DNA from: Rickettsiales bacterium
GTDB lineage: Bacteria > Pseudomonadota > Alphaproteobacteria > Rs-D84
DNA length: 64,000 nucleotides
Assembly (NCBI GenBank): GCA_031254335.1
Contig: JAIRUP010000014.1
Coordinates: forward strand, 3,043-67,042
Reading direction: 5' to 3'
Shown in pieces: positions 59,123 through 64,000 of this stretch; the stretch's first letter is position 1; the number at the start of each line of letters is the position of its first letter. The notes below the pieces were generated by a model. The model was not told the DNA's origin. It was given only the letters and a program-made list of their open reading frames with translations, and did not search any database. The position numbers and the translations under genes were made by a program.

Positions 59123-59704
59123 TTACCAGGTTTTTTTGTCTTTCGATGTCAGCTTTGTGATGACCTCTTTCGAGCTCCAAATTTCGAGGCCCGTTTTCAG
59201 GTCCGTTATGGAAAGCGAGAAGGTGTATTCGATTTTCTTCTTTCCGTTCACTATGAAGTCGCGCTGCGAGACGCGTCCGAACAGGCTGGAATCCGCCGCG
59301 ACGACGGTCCCGTTTTTCATGGTGGTGGACTTGTTCATCATCGCGTTGTTCGCCAGCTCGCGCGAACCCGCGACCGAAGCGTTCTCGCCCGTGTTGGTCA
59401 GCTGGACGCGGCCGCCGCGGCGAAGTTCTTTCCTCATATAGTCCGTCAATTCCGCCGTGTTGATTTTCTGCATGGTGTCGTTCTTGACCTCGGCCACTTC
59501 CATTACGAATTTTCTGTCGCCTTTAAGCTCGTTCTTCATGGCGTCGTCCAGCATCAGCTTGGCGGCGCGCTGGAAGTCGTGGTCCGAAAGCTCGGCCGTG
59601 ACCCAGTTGGCGGATTCCTTGTCGTCGATTACGCGGGTGTCCACGCATGCGCCCAGCGCAAGCGTCGCGCACATTGCGGATGTTATGAATATCTTTTTGT
59701 TCAT
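59123..59704 (-). CDS. Lipoprotein, LpoB-like (penicillin-binding protein activator family)
   Basis: Lipobox LALGAC, and the C-terminal pattern ...TFSLSITDLKTGLEIWSSKEV resembles LpoB. Confidence 0.45.
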   Translation of the reverse strand: MNKKIFITSAMCATLALGACVDTRVIDDKESANWVTAELSDHDFQRAAKLMLDDAMKNELKGDRKFVMEVAEVKNDTMQKINTAELTDYMRKELRRGGRVQLTNTGENASVAGSRELANNAMMNKSTTMKNGTVVAADSSLFGRVSQRDFIVNGKKKIEYTFSLSITDLKTGLEIWSSKEVITKLTSKDKKTW

Positions 59705-59719
59705 TTTTTCTGCTCCCTG

Positions 59720-61033
59720 TTAGTTGAGTTTCCCGATTATAATACCGGGTTTTGCGGTTTGCAATGGAATTCGGACGGAAACAATCGCGTTGTTTATTCC
59801 GGCCGGAATCCGAACCTTGCCGACGCCGTCTATCTCGATTTCGCGGCTTCTCGGCATGGGAACGCGGGCGACGGCGACCGTGTTCGGAAGCGCGCCCCAG
59901 TTTCGCGTCTCCCAATCCAAATCCCGCGCCATAAGGACGGCGAACGCGGCCCGGCCGAGCAGCGCGAAGGCCATCGCGCCGCCCGCGTCGTTTTTCCCCG
60001 CGTGAGAGTGCGCGGCGACTTCGGATACGACGAATGCGGTTCCCGCGGCGGCGACCTTCGCCACCTCGAACGAGACCGAGGCGATTATGTCGCGGCGGCG
60101 AGTCTTCATAAGGTCGGTCTTCGCGATGCGCGTTATGTCGGCTAAAAGCTGGGTTTCGACCTTTTTGTTCCCGTCGGCGATTTCAAGGTTTCGGACGGCG
60201 CGGGTTCCGGCGGTCAAATCGGGGATGGAAAGGTTTATGTTCCATTTCCTTAAACTGCGCGGGGCCATTTTATGAATGGTGCGCCTGCCGACGATTCCGT
60301 CTTCCAGGACAATCCAGACATGCGGCTGTCCGGACTTCAACGCGGCGATGTCGCCTGCGACGAATTTGTTTTCCGGCGCGAAGACCATGACTCGCTTTAT
60401 ATAGTTTTCGGCGTTGCCGATGTCGCCGTTAAGGCCGCTATGCAGGGCGGAAAGCCAGGTGGCATACGGATTCGCGAAATCGGACATCGCCGCGACCTGG
60501 GCGTTTCGCTCCATCTGGGAATCGACATCCTTCACGATTGAGGACAAGGACGGCATCCCGGGAACCTTGGCGGCGGATTTCTTGAATTCCTGTTCAAGCT
60601 CGTCTATCTGTTTCGACGCGGCCTGGACGCTTTGGGTCTGCAAATAATAGGCTTGGTTGAAGAACCGGCGCGCGGCCGGGTCGTGCATGGTGAGCGCGGA
60701 CATGCCCTGATATGTCTTCATCATGATTTTCTCGAATTCCAGGGGGTCGTAGGTGGTGGATTTGGATTCCCCAAGCGCGTCGTCCGCGGCGGCGAAGCAT
60801 TGCTGCGCCTTTTCTTCGCGGCCGGCCCACATGTATCCCGCGCCGCATTGAAGCCCGGCCAGCCAGGTTTCATTCGCCAGCTCTTCGTCTTTTATGGGAA
60901 GGAATTGGGCGGCGGATTCATAATCGCCCTTCTTGAACGCGTCCATGTATTTTTCATTGCGCGAGTCGAAATTGCCGCCGCACGCGGCAAGAAGAAAAAG
61001 TATTGATAAATATGAAAAACTTATCCTAAACAT
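59720..61033 (-). CDS. Hypothetical lipoprotein of 437 aa
   Basis: Signal peptide plus lipobox LLAACGG. It is adjacent to the LpoB-like gene. Confidence 0.5.
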   Translation of the reverse strand: MFRISFSYLSILFLLAACGGNFDSRNEKYMDAFKKGDYESAAQFLPIKDEELANETWLAGLQCGAGYMWAGREEKAQQCFAAADDALGESKSTTYDPLEFEKIMMKTYQGMSALTMHDPAARRFFNQAYYLQTQSVQAASKQIDELEQEFKKSAAKVPGMPSLSSIVKDVDSQMERNAQVAAMSDFANPYATWLSALHSGLNGDIGNAENYIKRVMVFAPENKFVAGDIAALKSGQPHVWIVLEDGIVGRRTIHKMAPRSLRKWNINLSIPDLTAGTRAVRNLEIADGNKKVETQLLADITRIAKTDLMKTRRRDIIASVSFEVAKVAAAGTAFVVSEVAAHSHAGKNDAGGAMAFALLGRAAFAVLMARDLDWETRNWGALPNTVAVARVPMPRSREIEIDGVGKVRIPAGINNAIVSVRIPLQTAKPGIIIGKLN

Positions 61034-61035
61034 AA

Positions 61036-61206
61036 AATTGATAAACTAAAAAATAATTGGCGCAATCGCAATTTCGATGACAAACCGCCGAGGACCAAGA
61101 AAAACAGGTCGGCGTCTGGACTTACTCGTCCGCGACGACCTGTTTTTCGCCGTGTCATTCGGCGGTTTGGCGCGAAATTGAAAAATTGCGCTTTTATTTT
61201 TTGCCT
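61036..61206 (+). repeat. Full-length family-D element
   Basis: The long hairpin pairs GAAAAACAGGTCG with CGACCTGTTTTTC. The terminal hairpin GCGCGAAATT/AATTGCGC is followed by a T-run. Confidence 0.7.
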
Positions 61207-61392
61207 TTATCTTTTCGCGTAGAAGCCGGCGGCTACGACAACCGCGCATACGCCGATGACTATTTGCGCAATCTGCACCAAATCGCCGGACAGATAGCTA
61301 AGCAGGTCGATGCGGAATATGCCTATAAGTCCATAATTGACGGCACCGACAAGCGTTATCGGCAAAGCGACCAAGTCTATAAGTTTTTTCAT
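61207..61392 (-). CDS. DUF378-family small membrane protein
   Basis: MKKLIDLVALPITLVGAVNYGLIGIFRIDLLSYL matches the DUF378 pattern. Confidence 0.65.
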   Translation of the reverse strand: MKKLIDLVALPITLVGAVNYGLIGIFRIDLLSYLSGDLVQIAQIVIGVCAVVVAAGFYAKR

Positions 61393-61501
61393 GTTTTTCT
61401 CCTTTTTATGTTAACGGATGGATTTTACATCTTATGCGCGCATAAGTCAACGCGAAACAAATCGCGCTTGAAATCCGTTTTCTTTATGCTATAATCCGCG
61501 A

Positions 61502-63310
61502 ATGTTCGGAAAAATCGGAAAATTCTTGAAAAACAACGACGCGGAGTCCAAGGTGAAATGGTCCCTGTGGGGCCGCGTATGGCGCGAAATCGGCCGCCCT
61601 CATATTTTCGGCCTGATTGCGGGCGTCGCGCTTATGCTTGTCGCCGTCGGGGCCGAGGCGTTCTCGATAACCCTTGTGAAGCAGGCCATCGATTACGGCT
61701 TTATCGACAACAACATGTCGTTCCTTTACATACTGGGGCTTCAAATCATAGCGGCGTTCTTCTTCAAGGGCGCGGCCGGATACGCGAACACCCTTGTCAT
61801 GGCCAAAGTCGGGCTAAGCGCGGCGACAAAGCTGCGCCGCAGGATTTACGCCCACATGCTGAAACAGGACATGAGCCGCTTCAAGAAAAGCAATTCCGGG
61901 AAAATCATGAATTATTTCAGCCTTCAAGCGTCGGCTGTCCTGAACCTTATAACGGGGACATTAATCGCCTTTATCCGCGACTCGGCCACGATGGTCATCA
62001 TGTTCGGCCTTATGGTTTATTACGCCGCGCCGCTGAGTGCGCTTCTTCTGTTCATCGTGCCTTTGGTCATAATGCCCATGATAATCATCCTGCGCAAGCA
62101 GGCGAAGAATACGCGCAAAACCTTTGGAATCGCCGCGAACTCGGCGTCGTGGGTCATGCAGAGCATAAACGGAATCAAGACCATCCAGGGATACAACGCC
62201 GAGGCCGCGTCGAACAAGCGCATGGGCAGGATAGAGGACGACGCAATCCATCTTGCATACAAGGCGACCCAGCTTTCCGGAATCCGCAGCCCGATTATGG
62301 AGCTTATGATAAGCGTCTGCCTTGCCGTGTCCCTTGTCGTCGGCGGAATATTCATAACGAACGGCAATATGACGGTCGGAGATTTCACGGCGTTTTTGCT
62401 TGCGCTTACCGCGGCCTATAAGCCCGCGAAGAAGATAACCAATGTCGGCGGAAACATCCAGACCGGCGTAATCGCGGCGGAAGTCCTGTTCGACTTCCTT
62501 GACACCGACCCCGGAATCAAGGACAGGCCGGGCGCGAAGAAACTGGACGCGAAGAACGGAATCGATGTCGAATTCAAGAATGTCGGGTTCCATTATGACG
62601 ACGACCCGGAGCGCGAGATTTTGGACGATATAAATCTGTCGGTGAAAAGCGGGCAGATGTGCGCGCTTGTGGGCGCGAGCGGCGGCGGCAAGACGACAAT
62701 CATAAACCTTCTTGCGCGCTTTTACGATGTGACGGGCGGCGGTATAAAAATAAACGGGACGGACATCCGCGATTATACATTGGAATCCCTGCGCGCCAAT
62801 TTGGCCGAGGTTTCGCAGGATGTGTTCCTTTTCGACGGAACCATCGCGGACAATATCCGCTTCGGCAATCCGAACGCCACGGACGCCCAGGTCGCGGCGG
62901 CGTCCCAAATCGCCAATGTCGCCGAATTCGTCGAAAAAATGCCCGAGAAATATGAAACGGTTGTCGGCGAGCGCGGCGTCATGCTGTCCGGCGGTCAAAG
63001 GCAGCGCGTGGCGATTGCGCGCGCCGTGCTTAAAAACGCGCCGCTGCTCTTGCTGGACGAGGCGACAAGCGCGCTGGACACCCGGTCCGAGCGCATGGTC
63101 CAGGAAGCGTTGGCGAAGCTGATGGCGGGCAAGACGACATTCGTCGTCGCGCACAGGCTTTCCACGATTGTGAATTCCGACATAATCTGCGTTATCAAGC
63201 AGGGGAAAATCGTCGAGCAGGGAACGGACGAAGAGCTTATGGCCTTGGGCGGCGAATACGCCGCGCTGAAACAAATGCAGCTTGCGAAGAAAGACCAAAA
63301 ATCCGAATAA
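61502..63310 (+). CDS. ABC exporter, fused permease-ATPase (MsbA-like)
   Basis: Walker A (GASGGGKTT), the signature LSGGQRQR and Walker B (LLLDEATS). Confidence 0.85.
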   Translation: MFGKIGKFLKNNDAESKVKWSLWGRVWREIGRPHIFGLIAGVALMLVAVGAEAFSITLVKQAIDYGFIDNNMSFLYILGLQIIAAFFFKGAAGYANTLVMAKVGLSAATKLRRRIYAHMLKQDMSRFKKSNSGKIMNYFSLQASAVLNLITGTLIAFIRDSATMVIMFGLMVYYAAPLSALLLFIVPLVIMPMIIILRKQAKNTRKTFGIAANSASWVMQSINGIKTIQGYNAEAASNKRMGRIEDDAIHLAYKATQLSGIRSPIMELMISVCLAVSLVVGGIFITNGNMTVGDFTAFLLALTAAYKPAKKITNVGGNIQTGVIAAEVLFDFLDTDPGIKDRPGAKKLDAKNGIDVEFKNVGFHYDDDPEREILDDINLSVKSGQMCALVGASGGGKTTIINLLARFYDVTGGGIKINGTDIRDYTLESLRANLAEVSQDVFLFDGTIADNIRFGNPNATDAQVAAASQIANVAEFVEKMPEKYETVVGERGVMLSGGQRQRVAIARAVLKNAPLLLLDEATSALDTRSERMVQEALAKLMAGKTTFVVAHRLSTIVNSDIICVIKQGKIVEQGTDEELMALGGEYAALKQMQLAKKDQKSE

Positions 63311-63321
63311 TTGAATTTACT

Positions 63322-63478
63322 GAAAAAATGCGAGCGGTGTCGCAAAATCGAGGACAAATCGTCCAATACCAAGGGAAACCGCCGCGCGCTAGGCTTGCCG
63401 CTCCTGCGAAGGCGGTTTCCCGCTGCGTAGTGGGCGATTTATACCGATTTTGAAAAACATCGCCGCATTTTTTTGCAA
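63322..63478 (+). repeat. Full-length family-D element
   Basis: The long hairpin pairs GGGAAACCGCC with GGCGGTTTCCC. It also has the box AGTGGGCGATTTATACC. Confidence 0.7.
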
Positions 63479-63508
63479 TACGAAAGAAATTGTGATATAG
63501 TTCCTATC

Positions 63509-64000
63509 ATGCGCAACCTTCGTAATTTCCTGCTTAATGTCTATGGCGTTTCGTTCACCAACGCTTTGATGTTCATGTATCCCGTCATGGCCCTGATGTT
63601 CGTCGACAAGGGCGTTTCCGACGGCGGCGTGTCCGCCCTGCTTGCGATTTGGGCGGGTTCCGTAATGCTGATGCAGATTCCCGTCAACGCGCTGGCGCAA
63701 AGGTTTTCCCATAAAAACATCGTGATATTCGGCCAGTTCATGAAAATCGCATGCTTCATGCTGTTCATATTCTGGCCGTCGTTTTGGGGCTTCGCGCTTG
63801 GCTTCGTCCTTTGGGGCGTGCAGTGGGCGGTTTACGACGCCGTGTTCGAGTCCCTTGTGTATGAGGAACTGAAAGCCCTGAAACAGCGGAAAATCTATAC
63901 GAAGATTTGCGCCAGGCAATCCGCGTTCGGACAGGTCGCGTTCATGATTGCGATGACGGGTTCGCTCATGTCGCCGCTTGGATATGAATTCGTGGTGCTG
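63509..64000 (+). CDS. Membrane transporter (MFS-like), 3'-partial at the window end
   Basis: The frame from ATG 63509 stays open to position 64000, with hydrophobic TM-rich sequence. Confidence 0.5.
   Translation, partial: MRNLRNFLLNVYGVSFTNALMFMYPVMALMFVDKGVSDGGVSALLAIWAGSVMLMQIPVNALAQRFSHKNIVIFGQFMKIACFMLFIFWPSFWGFALGFVLWGVQWAVYDAVFESLVYEELKALKQRKIYTKICARQSAFGQVAFMIAMTGSLMSPLGYEFVVL

Noticed and set aside
59114-60145. ORF 59114..60145+ (343 aa)
   Set aside because: It is antisense to the LpoB-like and lipoprotein genes, both of which have proper signal peptides on the minus strand.
61961-63298. ORF 61961..63298- (445 aa)
   Set aside because: It is antisense to the ABC exporter, which has Walker and signature motifs.

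Overview
This 64-kb window comes from a compact, roughly 58% GC Gram-negative chromosome. It is probably proteobacterial and possibly host-associated, but that is inferred only from gene content. Most of it is tightly packed housekeeping genes, with many ATGA-type start/stop overlaps. Core genes recognised from motifs are cysS, valS, dnaE, secA, ligA, rho, rpoZ, fabI, argC, an argB-like kinase, pyrB, rsmH, sspB, a MiaB-family methylthiotransferase and hemW. There is also an RND efflux operon with its MarR regulator, two MsbA-like ABC exporters, a porin, three tRNA genes and a cell-envelope polysaccharide modification cluster.

Five things stand out.

- Several families of short palindromic, modular repeats saturate the intergenic regions. 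They are also inserted in-frame into essential genes (four copies in hemW, three in the MiaB-family gene, one in cysS), in the manner of Rickettsia palindromic elements.
- A fourth family of about 160 nt (family D, e.g. 38388-38556) carries a long hairpin whose stem sequence differs between copies while pairing is preserved.
- A low-GC island sits between dnaE and secA. It encodes a gamma-class N6-adenine DNA methyltransferase translationally coupled to an unrecognisable partner, a candidate R-M or defense module. Next to it is a promoter, structured-RNA and terminator unit that looks like a small RNA.
- A protein of more than 1580 aa is secreted and cysteine-rich, with eukaryote-like CxxC..G.Y repeats. 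It contains an internal poly-C12 tract, and a shorter paralog lies 20 kb away.
- A tRNA-Leu reads with anticodon AAG, and there is a tandem pair of VirB8-like bitopic proteins preceded by a small secreted peptide.

I found no CRISPR array, integrase or prophage. All calls are by eye from the sequence. Coordinates of repeat boundaries and promoters are approximate to within a few nucleotides.
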